From Eledone cirrhosa (taxonomy: Eukaryota), in NCBI GenBank assembly GCA_964016885.1, contig OZ024748.1, positions 24,738,001 through 24,802,000 on the forward strand: a DNA stretch of 64,000 bases, written 5' to 3'. Below, one piece after another: positions 28,394 through 41,478 of the stretch (its first letter is position 1; every line of letters begins with the position of its first letter). Made by a program: the position numbers and the translations under genes. The notes under the pieces are model-generated. The model was not told the DNA's origin. It worked only from the letters and a program-made list of their open reading frames with translations, and did no database searches.

Positions 28394-28611
28394 GTAAGAA
28401 ACTTTAAATATCTCACCAAATGCAGAAATAGCTGAGTGGTTAGGGAGTTTGTTTCACAATCATGCAGTTCTGGGTTCAGTCCCACTGTGTGGTATCTTGG
28501 ACAAGTGTCTTTTACTGTAGCTTTGGGTTCACCAATATCTTGTGTGTGGAATTTGGTCGGTGGAAACTATCTATAGAAGCCAGTCCATTGTGTGCCAGCA
28601 ATGAAATCATA

Positions 28612-28800
28612 TCCGCTCTCTTGCTCTGGAACCCTGACTTCAGCCTGACTAGGAGTAGGAAGCTGTCATTCCCTGACGTTATCTCTAGGGATACGGGAAT
28701 CAGCAGACAGGACCGGGGGGCAGCGATGGGGGACAGGGGATTCTGGGGCATGAGAGTGAGATCCATCATCTCGACAGTAGTCGACGAGTGATGATGATGT
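28612..28800 (+). mobile_element. LINE (RTE-like) 3' end fragment; second copy at about 54099-54222
   Basis: ATCTCTAGGGATACGGGAA...CATCTCGACAGTAGTCGA followed by (TGA)n in both copies. Confidence 0.7.
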
Positions 28801-29246
28801 GATATATATATATACAGGGTGTCCCATCTAACCCATGCTAGCGTGGAAGATAGATGTTAATCAACGATGATGATGATGTCCCTAGAATGCTGTTGAAGTG
28901 TGTATACATTTTTTTGGATACCCTGTATATATATAGTTCAAGAATAGACAAGGCAAATAGAGAGATGCAAAAACAAGTATATATATATATATAAATATAT
29001 ATATTGTTATACTTTGGGAGGGTCATGCTGCCAATAAAAACACATGCACCTGTTGGATTTCACTTCAATTTATTATAAGCTTCAAGTCGATTAGTTTAAT
29101 CACTGGAGGGTTGTTTAATTGCTGCTTGTCAAAACCCTTTTGTCACACATTCTGTGACCTCCACAGTGATTACTTTGGTTGTTATTTTGGATATCTCTTT
29201 TGTTCTGTCCTACACCATCTTGTTTTTGTGAGCTCACAAAAATGAA

Positions 29247-29308
<62 letters not shown>

Positions 29309-29904
29309 TGTGTCTCTGGGGTTGTATTTATGTCCTATAACATAGCAGTTTGCCAGAAAAAGTGATTAATAAAATAAGTACCAGACTTGAAACATAATTC
29401 CTTAGGTTGATATAACCAACTAAATCAATGAGGTGCTGCCCCAGTATAGCTGCAATCTTTAATGACTGAAACCAGTAAAAGAATGAAAGAATAAACATAT
29501 ATTTGGGTGAAATCTTACTATCTTGTTATCTATTATAATTATTAAATGGACAAAGAAAAATGTCTATTGAGTGTCTACTTTAATATTCAGACTCTAGAAA
29601 CTAAGTAGACATATATAAGTGCCGTGTAACAAGGTTTGACTATTTTATATAATATTCTGAAGCAGCAATTAATTAAAGTAAATTTATGGCCATAAAATTA
29701 GATATCAATTAATTTTCTTTGATTGCATCGCAGCTAAAATAATACATTTTTTAATTATAAGTTTTATGTCAACAATTATTTTGTTAATAAAATAAAAAGT
29801 CTTCCACTCCCCCTTTCCCATCCTTTCATTATTTAACTCTTTTTTTTTTCTTTCTTACCATATATTTAATTAAATATTTGTTAAATGTTCTTTATAACTT
29901 TCAG

Positions 29905-30000
29905 GGAAATTACCAAAGCTTTATAGAAAATGATAGGGAAATTCAACTCTTGGTTTTAGAAATTGGTAGATGTGTTGAAGTTGTGGTGAGCAGATGTCAG
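29905..30000 (+). CDS. Dynein HC-like exon 12
   Basis: tttcag / gtaag; GNYQSFIENDREIQLLVLEIGRCVEVVVSRCQ. Confidence 0.88.
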
Positions 30001-30720
30001 GTAAGATCTATTAGGCTTTTCTACAGGTGTAACAATAAAGCTACCAGGAGAGGTGGATGTGAGGGAAGGCAGTTGCTCGATACTGTGGGTAGGATGAAGT
30101 GCAATATTTCCTCTTGTCTATCATGACTGCTAAGGTAGGTAGAGGGACCCAAAGTGTTTGTGGACCACCTCCCAGGGCGTTGACAACCCTTGCTGTAAAT
30201 AGAGATTTCATTGAGAGATGTGACTTTCATTTTCATCTTCCCTCATTCGATATTTGTTGATGATGAAGTAAACATTTTCCTGCTTAGTCTGGACCTTGTG
30301 GTTTAGAAGTTCACTTCTAATGCTTGTATAATAGTTTCAGGTTTGGTCCTGCTGTGTGACACCTTGGGCAAGTGTTTTCTGCTTTACTCTCAGGTCTACC
30401 AATACCTTGTGAGTGAATTTGGTAAATGGGAACTCTGTAAAAACCCATCGTTTCTATGTATATGTGTGAGTGTGTGTGTGAGTGTTGGGGGGTGTACATT
30501 TTCACCTCTAAAACACTGTTAAGTCGATAAATCTTTACCATATTGAAAAATATGGGATGACATCAGGAAGGGCATCTGGTTGTAGACATTTGCCAAAGAT
30601 AAAGTATCAAATGTTGGATGATGACTGAGAAAGCAGCTTGAAGGAGTTGGATTAAATACTGCAAGGTATTTGCAGTTGATTCTCTACTGTTTCTGTAAAT
30701 AGTGCCAAAACTCAAACCCA

Positions 30721-30946
30721 GCACACCTGAATAAGGTACTATATCATGGGAATAAAGTACCAAAACACAAACACTGCACACCTGAATAAGGTACTATATC
30801 ATGGGAATAAAGTACCGAAACACAAACACTACACACCTGAATAAGGTACTATATCATGGGAATAAAGTACCAAAACACAAACACTGCACACCTGAATAAG
30901 GTACTATATCATGGGAATAAAGTACCAAAACACAAATACTACACAT
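30721..30946. repeat. 55-bp minisatellite, about 4 copies; one further copy at about 31347-31397
   Basis: CACACCTGAATAAGGTACTATATCATGGGAATAAAGTACCAAAACACAAACACT repeated. Confidence 0.92.
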
Positions 30947-31325
30947 CTTCTTCTTAGCTGGTTTCAACCGAGGCTGCAGCGACAAAGTCCCTCCGCCACA
31001 TGTCTTGGTCCAACATCACTGCCTTGAGGTCCTGGACACAGTCCAGTGTCTTTGATCAATTTGCCAATGTAAGTGTATCAGCGTTTTCCTTTCCTTAAAA
31101 CTCCATGAAATGGTTCCAAATGACTAACTTGGATGTTTCCAGTTCAGGGTGTTGCACTCAATGACCAGATATATGGAGCCGTCTTTACCTGATCTTTTCG
31201 CTGACTTTTGGCAGGTCTCCATAACAGCATTTATTTGTCATATGTTGCTGCCATTTCACACTAAGGAGCATTTGTAGCATCCTTGTGTAGCAGCTGTTTA
31301 GCCCTCTTGTTAACTTCTCAGTCAA
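30947..31325 (-). mobile_element. RTE-like LINE 3' fragment inserted in the 55-bp minisatellite
   Basis: Minus strand: CYTRMLQMLLSVKWQQHMTNK...YGDLPKVSEKIR*RRLHISGH; short AAG tail. Confidence 0.75.
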
Positions 31326-31612
31326 GTACAACATCAAGGGAATGTTCCAAAACACAAACACTACACATCTGAATAAGGTACAACATCATGGGAATAATCT
31401 TGAAATAAATAAATATTACGAAATTGGGAGGTCAATTAAGTACTGGGCTTAACATCATTTGCTATACTATTTTCTTCAGTGCTCTCAGTTGGAAAAGGTG
31501 AGATGTACCTGTATATCAAAGAGCCAGTTTTGTCACACATTTAAAATTTCAAATGTTCGTGATGTTTCTTAAGTCATCCAGGTATTCTATATGCTTATTA
31601 TTTCTGTTGCAG

Positions 31613-31716
31613 GAAGTTGGCAGCAGATTTAAATTCTTTAGTTACTTGTGGACACAAGAATCTGAATGTGAAGAACTTGAGAGGAGTTTATCAAAGACAT
31701 CAACTAATATAGAATT
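31613..31716 (+). CDS. Dynein HC-like exon 13
   Basis: ttgcag / gtgagt; EVGSRFKFFSYLWTQESEC... (F..Y.YLW motif). Confidence 0.85.
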
Positions 31717-32350
31717 GTGAGTAAATGTGAGAGAAAGATGATTGGTGTTTTAGTGAGAGGGACAAAGAGAAAGAGATGAGAGAGAAGATGGAGAGAGAGA
31801 CGGGGACAAAAAGGGAGAGATTGGGAGAAGAGAGGGAGAAGAGAGAGTTAGAGTAGGAGAGAAAGTAAGAATAAAAAAGAGTGAGAGTGAGAGACAAAGG
31901 GAGAAAGATGGTGGGGAAGAGAGAGTGAGAGAGATGGTGGGGGAGCGAGAGGGAGAGAGGGAGAGACAGTAAGAATACAAAAGAGTAAGAGTGAAAGTGA
32001 CAAAGAGAGAGAGAGAGAGAGAGAGGGGGAGAATACAAAAAAGTTAGAGTGAGAGAGATAAAGGGAGAGAGATGGTAGCGTAGAGAGAGGGAGAGAGGGA
32101 GAGAGATTGAGAGAGACAAAGGGAGAGAGAGATGATAGAGAAGAGAGAGGGTGAGAGATTGAGAGAGACAAAAGGAGAGAGATGATAGAGAAGAGAGAGA
32201 GGGAGAGATAGAGTTGTAAACATGGAGAAATGTGGAAAGAGAGAGTGAAATAAAAGAAAAAGAGAGAAAGTTGTGAGATTGTTGTTCTCTGTAAATATAA
32301 GTTTTATGAGATAGAAAGATTAATTGACTAAATTATGTTGTTATTTGTAG

Positions 32351-32474
32351 AAATATTAAACTAAACTCTGATGGAGAAATTAATGAAGATAAAGTGAACT
32401 TTACTTCATGTTTTAAGGAGTTGTTGAGTCAAAAGAGTTTGGAGGTACTGGATTCTAAAGCTGAAAAATATAAG
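32351..32474 (+). CDS. Dynein HC-like exon 14
   Basis: ttgtag / gtaag; NIKLNSDGEINEDK...SLEVLDSKAEKYK, phase 2-0. Confidence 0.8.
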
Positions 32475-32480
32475 GTAAGA

Positions 32481-32512
<32 letters not shown>

Positions 32513-32530
32513 TACCATTATTGTATATAG

Positions 32531-32712
32531 GGAGGTGGATTGGCAGTATCGGTAGAGGGTCGGACGCCATGCTTTTCAGCATAGAGTTATGGCCCTTTAC
32601 AGTCTGAGTCAAATCCCGCCGAGGTTAACTTTGCCTTTCATCCTTACCGTGTCGATAAAATAAAGTACCAGTAATGCACTGGGATAATTGATAGCCTTGT
32701 GCCAAAAGTAGA
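32531..32712 (+). mobile_element. SINE family C; related copies at about 17580, 22558, 27147, 34170, 34470, 47568, 63870
   Basis: GGATTGGCAG head, B-box-like GAGTTCAAATCCC, conserved AACTTTGCCTTTCATCCTT...GTCGATAAAATAAAGTACCAG domain (resembles the MetaSINE-type central domain, from memory). Confidence 0.8.
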
Positions 32713-33126
32713 AATAATAATTATTATTATTATTACCATTACCATCATCATCATTATAGCCATCATCATCATCATCATCACCCACCATCATCATTGTTAT
32801 TATCATCATCATTTAATGTATGCTTTTCCTCTGCTAGCAAAGGTTGTTTACACGTGTGTGTGTGTGTGTATATATATATACATATATGTATATACACACA
32901 CACATATACATATATATGATGATGATGATGGTGGCAGTGGCAGCAGTGGTGGTGGTGGTGATGATATACATATATATGAGAGAGAGAGAGAGAGTGAAGA
33001 GAGAGAGAAAAAGAGAGAGAGAGAGAGAGTGAGAGAGTGAAGAGAGAGTGAGAGAGAGCGATAGAGAGTGGAAGTCTGATCAAAAATAGAGAAAGTGTCT
33101 AAAGAAGTTTACTAAATAAAACTAAA

Positions 33127-33698
33127 TTGTTCAATATTTAACATTTGACCTTAGTTTCAAAGTTGATCACTTGTTCAATATTTAACATTTGACCTTAGTT
33201 TCAAAGTTGATCACTTGTTCAATATTTAACATTTGACCTTAGTTTCAAAGTTGATCACTTGTTCAATATTTAACATTTGACCTTAGTTTCAAAGTTGATC
33301 ACTTGTTCAATATTTAACATTTGACCTTAGTTTCAAAGTTGATCACTTGTTCAATATTTAACATTTGACCTTAGTTTCAAAGTTGATCACTTGTTCAATA
33401 TTTAACATTTGACCTTAGTTTCAAAGTTGATCACTTGTTCAATATTTAACATTTGACCTTAGTTTCAAAGTTGATCACTTGTTCAATATTTAACATTTGA
33501 CCTTAGTTTCAAAGTTGATCACTTGTTCAATATTTAACATTTGACCTTAGTTTCAAAGTTGATCACTTGTTCAATATTTAACATTTGACCTTAGTTTCAA
33601 AGTTGATCACTTGTTCAATATTTAACATTTGACCTTAGTTTCAAAGTTGATCACTTGTTCAATATTTAACATTTGACCTTAGTTTCAAAGTTGATCAC
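33127..33698. repeat. 44-bp minisatellite, 13 identical copies
   Basis: TTGTTCAATATTTAACATTTGACCTTAGTTTCAAAGTTGATCAC x13 = 572 bp. Confidence 0.98.
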
Positions 33699-33745
33699 TA
33701 TTTAAGATGGATTAAACATTGCTGTAATATATTTTCTCTTGTCAG

Positions 33746-33886
33746 AAAATAAAACGGACACTTCCAAATATTCCTGACTTCACAGATATTGGTTGGATCA
33801 GAACCAATATGGAATCAATTAAACAGACTCTTAATACCATTTATAGTAAGAAGATGCTAACTTTAACAAAATCTCTATCTCAACAA
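33746..33886 (+). CDS. Dynein HC-like exon 15
   Basis: gtcag / gtaagt; KIKRTLPNIPDFTDIGWIRTNMESIKQTL... Confidence 0.88.
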
Positions 33887-36056
33887 GTAAGTAGTACACT
33901 AGTATTGTTTGGTTTAACTCTTGATATCATTTAGTGTATGAAATCACATTAACAAGCAATGGCATATTGCTGGTGGTACAGCTGCATCCCCATAAAATTG
34001 CTGTTGGAAAATTCTTAAGTTTTCAAAAAATATTGTCTACTTTGCTTGATTATTTTAATTACATGAAACAATAAAATATGTACAATACAATAATGAATAA
34101 AGATGTCATAATAATGATTGGCATGCACACAAATAATCCTTGGTCTTTTATATTATATGCCTGTCATATGGATTGGCAGTATTGGTAGAGCATCAGACGC
34201 TTTGCAGTATATAGTTATATCTCTTTATGTTCTGAGTTCAAATCTCGCCGAGGTTAACTTTGCCTTTCATCCTTATAGGCATTGATAAAATAAAGTACCA
34301 GTAATGGGGTTGATTTAATCGCCTTTCCCTCTCCTCAAAATGGTTGGCCTTGTGCCTAAATCAGAAACCCTATTATGTACCTGTCATCTTATATAGCACA
34401 TTTCTTGTTTTATCCAAAGAACACGTAAAAATAATGACATATTTGTATTCTACCATATCATTATTTTCAGGATTGGCAGTATCGGTAGAGGGACGGACGC
34501 CATGCTTTCCAGCATAGTTACGTCCCTTTACGATCTGAGTTTAAATCCCGCCGAGGTTGACTTTGCCTTTCATCCTTACGGGGTCAATAAAATAAAGTAC
34601 CAGTAATGCACTGGGTAATTGCTGGCCTTGTGCCTAAAGTAGAAACAATTATTTTCATTATTTTGAAATTGAGTATTTAATAAACTGTAGAATATTTGTA
34701 ATTTCAAAATAGGTTTGTATTTTTTTTATATTATCAACATCAATATCATATTATCTCTCTTTCTCCTGACAATTTCTTTTTCTACCACTGTCAATATATT
34801 TATGTGTATGTGTATATATACATAGTACACCCTATAAATTGTTAGTGTTGCTGCCTACATAGAATATACCTCGTCAAGTCTGTAAAGTGGTTGTGCTGGT
34901 GTCTCAAAAATGCATTCAGTATACTTTCTAAAATTAGTCATTTTTGTCTGAAAATTATGAACGTCTGCATCTCCAAAAATGATAAGAGCAATAAGCTTAT
35001 GTTAACAAGATATTCTAGAAAAATACAAAACATCTCCATGACTATATCACATTAAAAACTCAAGTCTTTATTAAAATATTGAACATTTTTACAATGATGA
35101 AATCCAATTAGCAAGACATTGTTGAAAAGTATAAAACACCACTATGACTACAGTCAATTAAAAATTGTCTTAACTCAAATACTGCAAATTTTTACAATGA
35201 TTTGTCCCCGAGTAAAGATACTATAACATTTGAATAAACAAACACGTTTTTAGATATTTTCTTTTCAATTATTACAGGATGTTAATAGTTCATTTCTATT
35301 GTCAATTGTTATTTTAAATGACTCTGTGTTAACCAGAATTCTGGTTATTACTTTAAATGTTGCTATGTTAACTAGATATACCTTAAGTATTGTTAGTTTA
35401 ATTAGGAAATCAGGTGTTCTGGTGTGCTAGATTAACAAGGAATAGCTAATCTTAAGAAGCTGCATCAACTGAAGCCTACAAACTATTGAAATACCTCACT
35501 AAATATAATGAATAGTTTCGGTTGCCTAGGTGATCTAATTAATGCAATGAATGTATAGCAGTCTAAGTAAGAATATGGATGGAAGTAGTTGAAGGTTTCA
35601 CTCTGTGTAAACACACACACTTAACACACAAACACAAACACAAACACACACAAACACACACATACACACACACATCACACACAGTCATGTACACACACAC
35701 TGTCATACACACACCCCATCACACACACACATCATCATCATCATCATCACACACAGACACACACACCTTTATAAAGTGTAATGTTACATAGCAGAAAGGA
35801 CATGGGTATTAAATATAAAAGATCTGTGGAATCTGGAGAGAAGTTAGTGGCATATGGTTCTTTAGATAAGAAATTCTATCTCACATTAGAAATGGATAGA
35901 TGAGTAAACAGACCATAAGCCAATATATAGAGTGGAGGTGGTTGTGCTGGTATGGACATGTTGTCATATAGATCATGATAATGTTGATAGGAGTTTAAAG
36001 AATGATTATAGTAAGGACTTTAATGAAGAGTTTTATCATTGTATATTTCTTCTCAG

Positions 36057-36179
36057 GTGACTTGTGTCCTGAAAGAAGTCGATGGGGAGGTCAAAAAATT
36101 TGAAGATGAGATTGGACAAATTCATGGTAGAGAAAGAGATGTAGTTTCTTTCACAAGATTTTTGAAACTTTCTAATCAG
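36057..36179 (+). CDS. Dynein HC-like exon 16
   Basis: tctcag / gtttga; VTCVLKEVDGEVKKFEDEIG...FLKLSNQ, 123 nt open. Confidence 0.8.
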
Positions 36180-37523
36180 GTTTGAAGATTTCCTTAATTT
36201 CATTTCATTTCATTAAAAATATATATTTTAGTAATGTGATCTTGGAAAACATTTGGCTCCAAAGTAGCTAACATATGAATAAAGTTATAAAACAAGAAAA
36301 TGATTTAACACTATCATTACCGTAATTCTAACAAATTCCACTGGATTTGAATTAATTGATAACGAATTCAGACGGATTTACTAAAATTAATCATTTATTT
36401 CATTATTAAGATGTTATTTGGAGCATAACTTAAAGGTTCTTCTATCAAATTATGTTGAAATATATTAATGAAAGATAACAGGCTAGCTATGATCAAGCAG
36501 ACATATAATCAAAGACATTCCAGTTATGACCATCTCCTTTCCTTAGTCGTATGTAAGACTACATTGTTCAATCTATTCTCTTTTGTATATTCCAGAAAGT
36601 AGATTTAGCAGTCTCCTTCTGATTGGAATATTTTTAAAATGGGTGGTTTTGTTTCAAAGAACCAGGCAGTTTGGGTAGGGTTGGTATCAAAAGGGTTAAG
36701 GGACATTTATGTCATTGAATTTAACTACTGATAAATACAAGGTGTTGCTGGATTCATCCAGTCTAAAGAATATTGGATGTCATTTCCTTAAAACAGGCCA
36801 TAGTTATTTGCTGCACAGTGAGATTGAACCCAAGACTATGTGATTGTAAGGAAAACGTTTTAACCATGCAGCCATGGCTACATCTGTCTAAGATCAATTC
36901 ATCTTTAGATTTGGGTTAGGCTATATCTATATTATTTATCTGTACAGAAAGAGCTTTCAAAAATTACTGCTTCATAAACTAATGCATTCCTACTGAATTG
37001 TAGAAATTTCTTTGATCAAAATTAAATGCTAAAAGCTTTAGAACTAAGTCTGACACATCACAAGTGGGAGATTAAAGATATTTGATAAATGGAATATTAT
37101 TTGTGTGTAAATCTACCACTATTCTCATTTCTAGATTTCTAACAACAATATTTGTTTTAGTTATCATTTCCAATAATTTATGAGCAAGGCAAGTGCAAAT
37201 ATTTGTTTCCAATAATTTATCAGCATGAGAGAGCAAATATTTAAAGTATCTCTAAGTTATACCCAGTGATTCAATACATTACTTCAGTACTTTCTATAAA
37301 TACCTCTTCTTTGTTTATCTTCAACTGTCTTGCTGAAAATATATAGTTATATAGTTCAGTATTTGGACTGTGTGCTTGTTGCTTGAGAAAATAGCAGAAT
37401 GAAATGGAACCTATTCCAGTAAGACTATTTATTATCTAAAATTCTGCACACATTCAATAACATACCAGTAGATAATAATTGAATTGAAATAAATAAATGA
37501 ATAAATAAATAGATAAAATAAAT

Positions 37524-37554
<31 letters not shown>

Positions 37555-37580
37555 GGAATAAATTCTTCTCAAATTGATAG

Positions 37581-37793
37581 CTTTCCGTCACTCAAATCAA
37601 GATTGATGATAACTTTGGAATAGTGAAGAAAACCATAGAATTTCTTGAAAACTATGAACAACATCTTCCTTCAGAATCTATTTTCTTGTATGAAAATATC
37701 CCTGTAAGATGGAGCAATATTAAATCCAAGATTTCCTTGGCTAAGAAGAACCTAGAGCCTATAATTCTAGGAGAGACATTCGTTATAAAAGAG
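37581..37793 (+). CDS. Dynein HC-like exon 17
   Basis: gatag / gtaac; ...IVKKTIEFLENYE...IPVRWSNIKSK...LEPIILGETFVIKE. Confidence 0.88.
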
Positions 37794-37821
37794 GTAACAT
37801 TTAATATTTTCCAAGTGACAT

Positions 37822-37860
<39 letters not shown>

Positions 37861-38095
37861 GTCATCATCATCGTCATCATCATCATAATCATCGCCACCA
37901 TTTTGAAACAGACGAAAATATATAGTTTTTTCGTCTGTGTAAATGAGGTGATTAATCTCATTTGCATATAAAGCTGTATAAGTTGGCTCAACTATGTTCG
38001 AAGCTAGATTTTTATTCTATTTTAAGTTGGCTCAACTTAAACTAGAATAAAAATCTAGCTTCGAACATAGCTGTATACAAATATGTATGTGAATT

Positions 38096-38182
38096 CTGGT
38101 AGTGGCAAGCAGGAAACACCGTCCTGACGAGAATCATTTAAGTTTGAAATGCATCGATGGTTGTCCCCCTTGCTTCTACCAG
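38096..38182 (+). ncRNA. Minimal type-I hammerhead ribozyme motif with long stem I
   Basis: ACCGTC-CTGACGA-gaat...gttt-GAAATGCATC-GATGGT; palindromic stem III ATGCAT; outer pairing CTGGTAG/CTACCAG and GCAAG/CTTGC. Confidence 0.65.
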
Positions 38183-38560
38183 ACACTGCTCAGTGGCACT
38201 GACCGCCAGTGTTATATTCATAGCTATAGCTTTCAGAATGTTTATTTATAAACATACTGTATTTCTTTAGATATACCAAATTCACATACATGTTTGTATA
38301 CAGTTATGTTGGAAGCTAAATTCTAAGTATACAGTTATATACTGAAGCTCACGGAGGAGATGACAAAGAAACGTGACAAGTGGAGAGATGCTGTGCTGAA
38401 TAGGACCCGTCCCACCCTTGCAAGCAGGGAAAAGCAGATATAAAAAAAAAAAATGATGATATATATATGAGTCTCCTCTGAAGGAATGTACCAAACAAAT
38501 ACCAAACAAATTGTTGTCAAGTGCATGGAAGTAAAACAAATTAATTTGCATACATATAAG

Positions 38561-39073
38561 TATTGGTTGGAAGAAGTTTAGGGAGCTGCTTCCTCTGTTG
38601 ACGAAGAAGGGTTTCTCCCTGCGTACGAAAGGCCGGTTGTATGATGCCTGTGTGAGGAGCGCGATGCTGCATGGTAGTGAGACATGGGCAGCAACCGCAG
38701 AGGATATGCGACGGCTGGAGAGAAATGAGGCAAGCATGCTCCGTTGGATGTGCAGTGTAAATGTGCGTGAACGACCCAGCATAAATGTGTTGAGAGAGAA
38801 ACTGTGTCTGAGAGGGATAGAATGTAGTGTACGGGAGAGGAGACTGAGGTGGTATGGACATGTGATGCGCATGGAGGATGACCGATGGGTGAAGAAGTGC
38901 CAGGAAATGCCAGTTGAAGGAAGACGTGGTAGAGGTAGACCACGAAAAACATGGGCGGAGGTGGTGAGAACAGACCTCAGATCATTGAAGCTCACGGTGG
39001 AGATGACGAGGGAGAGATGCTGTGCTGAATAAGACCCGTCCCACCCTTGCAAGCAGGGAAAAGCGGACGTAAA

Positions 39074-39108
<35 letters not shown>
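38561..39108 (+). mobile_element. RTE-clade LINE 3' fragment (ORF C-terminus, 3' UTR, (ATG)n); shorter copy at 38343-38460
   Basis: GWKKFRELLPLL...KGRLYDACVRSAMLHGSETW...RRLRWYGHVMRM...GRRGRGRPRKTW; uninterrupted frame suggests a young copy. Confidence 0.92.
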
Positions 39109-39384
39109 AAGTATGTGTATTTTGTATATCTAATGATATATGATATGTTTATAAATACACATTTAAATAAACAGTTGAATAAACATACGGATAAACATAC
39201 AAATAAACAGCTATGTTGGAGCAAACACCTTAATTATATATATGTGTATTTGGGCGTAGTCTGACTAAGGTACTCTCATGGAATGACCAAAGGAGGTTTA
39301 TTTTTCAACATATTGACTGTTATTAACCAAGATGCATGAACTTGTATCTATTATAGTTATTGCCATTCTCTGTTGTTTTCACAG

Positions 39385-39540
39385 AAACTTCATAGTTTCA
39401 ACAGAAATCTTACCAAACTCCAGTTTGATATGGAACAATTTTACAAGACAAGAAAAACGAAAGAATTTGAAATTGAACAAGGATTAACTTCAATTGAAGA
39501 GTTCTCTTTAAAGCTTATTGCTTTAGAAGAGGAAGCACAC
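39385..39540 (+). CDS. Dynein HC-like exon 18
   Basis: cacag / gtaagt; KLHSFNRNLTKLQFDMEQF...LIALEEEAH. Confidence 0.87.
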
Positions 39541-39958
39541 GTAAGTTTCATTGATCTTGAATAATATATATATCAAAGGTAGAACTCTACAATCAATTCT
39601 CAAAGGAGAGTAGAGACAGACTTATAGATTATCACTTCTACATCTATTTCAAGTTTCCTACTTTTTCACTCCTCAATCTGCTATTTTCTTAACTTAAAAC
39701 ATTTGCCTTAATTATGAGCTTATCAATAGAGTTATAACCAACAATATATTAATTTATTATCAATTCTAATACTAGCATAATACACCGGGCATCCCAATTG
39801 AGTACCAATATTATGTCTTACCCTTTTATTTCTCTGGACCCTAAATCTCTCAGGGTTACTGGAATCTGAGTATTAACACAGACATAATGAGTAGTACAAG
39901 CATACAACAGCACGAGTACTCAAGTACAGCTATACATGTGTATCCCGTATTCATATCG

Positions 39959-40220
39959 AATTCTCAGACCGGGTGATGTGTTGTTTCCTTGAGCAAGACA
40001 CTTTATTTCACATTGCTCCAGTTTACTCAGCTGTAGAAATGAGATGATAGGACTGGGGTCCCTATCATTCCACTGTAAAGTGGACATGTAGGCTCCATGG
40101 AAAAAAGCACCCAGCACTCACTGTAAATGAGGTTGGTGTTAGGAAGGGCATCCAGCTGTAGAAATCAAGCCAGAATCAGTTCCCATCCCACCCTTGCAAG
40201 CAGGGAAAAGCGGACGTAAA
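39959..40220 (+). mobile_element. SINE family A, 5'-truncated
   Basis: Near-identical to the 3' portion of 27837-28168. Confidence 0.9.
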
Positions 40221-41213
40221 AAAAAAGAAATCGAATGAATGTGAGTACTGATTGTATTAACTTTGATGACGTAAATGATTGTTATCGTCTGCTGCAACCT
40301 GTTGTACATCACTTTCACATAAGAGTAAGTTACGTGTTAAGAATTCAGAATCATGAGGATAGATATTATTCAAATGATAGATATATTTGGTTAGTTGCTC
40401 TATATATTGTATAACACTTCCATCACATCAGTATCTCTATTCTGCAGTTTTAGAAATTATGACTATACTTGATAATGATTAATTTAATACTCAATATATT
40501 TTTATATTAAATTAAGTAAATTGCCTGCACATCAAATTAAATACTAGAGGCGATTACAAATTGATCATGATGTGATAACCTAATTTAGATTTAAATTTAA
40601 TTATAATTATATAAATATTTAACTAAGTATTGGTAAGTGGAGTTCTGTGAATATTTTTATACATAAATTACCTTTACCATATTACTGAGTACCTTTAATT
40701 CAACAACACAGCACCCCTTTTTTTAAATATAAATACATTTATACATATATAATACTTTATATAAATACATTTATACATATATAATACTTTATATAAATAC
40801 ATTTATACATATATAATACTTTATATAAATACATTTATACATATATAACACTTATACACTTTTTAGAGCTTAACTGATCTCAACTTATTCTTACCTATAT
40901 GTAAATTGTAAATTCGTTTATTTAATTATCTATTAAACTTAACTAGGTACATCATTACTGTTAACTAGGTAAATCAGTCCTGTAGGAGCAAGACATGGTC
41001 ACTTGCCCACAACAGGACAACCTGTCTAACCCATGCTAGCATGGAAATATTGATGTAAAATGGTGATGATGATGGTGATGATATATATATAAGTATGTTT
41101 ATCACAGGGTCATCAGACAAGAACATATGTGTATATATATATATACTTGATGTAAAATAGTGATGATGATGATATATATATATGTATGTTTATCACAGGG
41201 TCATCAGACAAGA

Positions 41214-41260
<47 letters not shown>

Positions 41261-41478
41261 CTTGATGAAAAACGGTGATGATGATGATACATATATGTAT
41301 GTTTATCACAGGGTCATCAGACACGATCATATGTATATATATATATATATATACAGTATATATACATATATATACACAGATCTTTATGTATTGTGTTGTT
41401 ATATTTGTGCTGTGCTGTCTCTATCATCATCTTTATAATTTTACTATTTTATTACTCTATTACATGTTCCAGCTGTAA

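Noticed and set aside
29000-29250. (TA)n-flanked island with AAACTAATC and a long stem on the minus strand
   Set aside because: No CUGANGA box; possibly a PLE remnant but not supportable as a ribozyme
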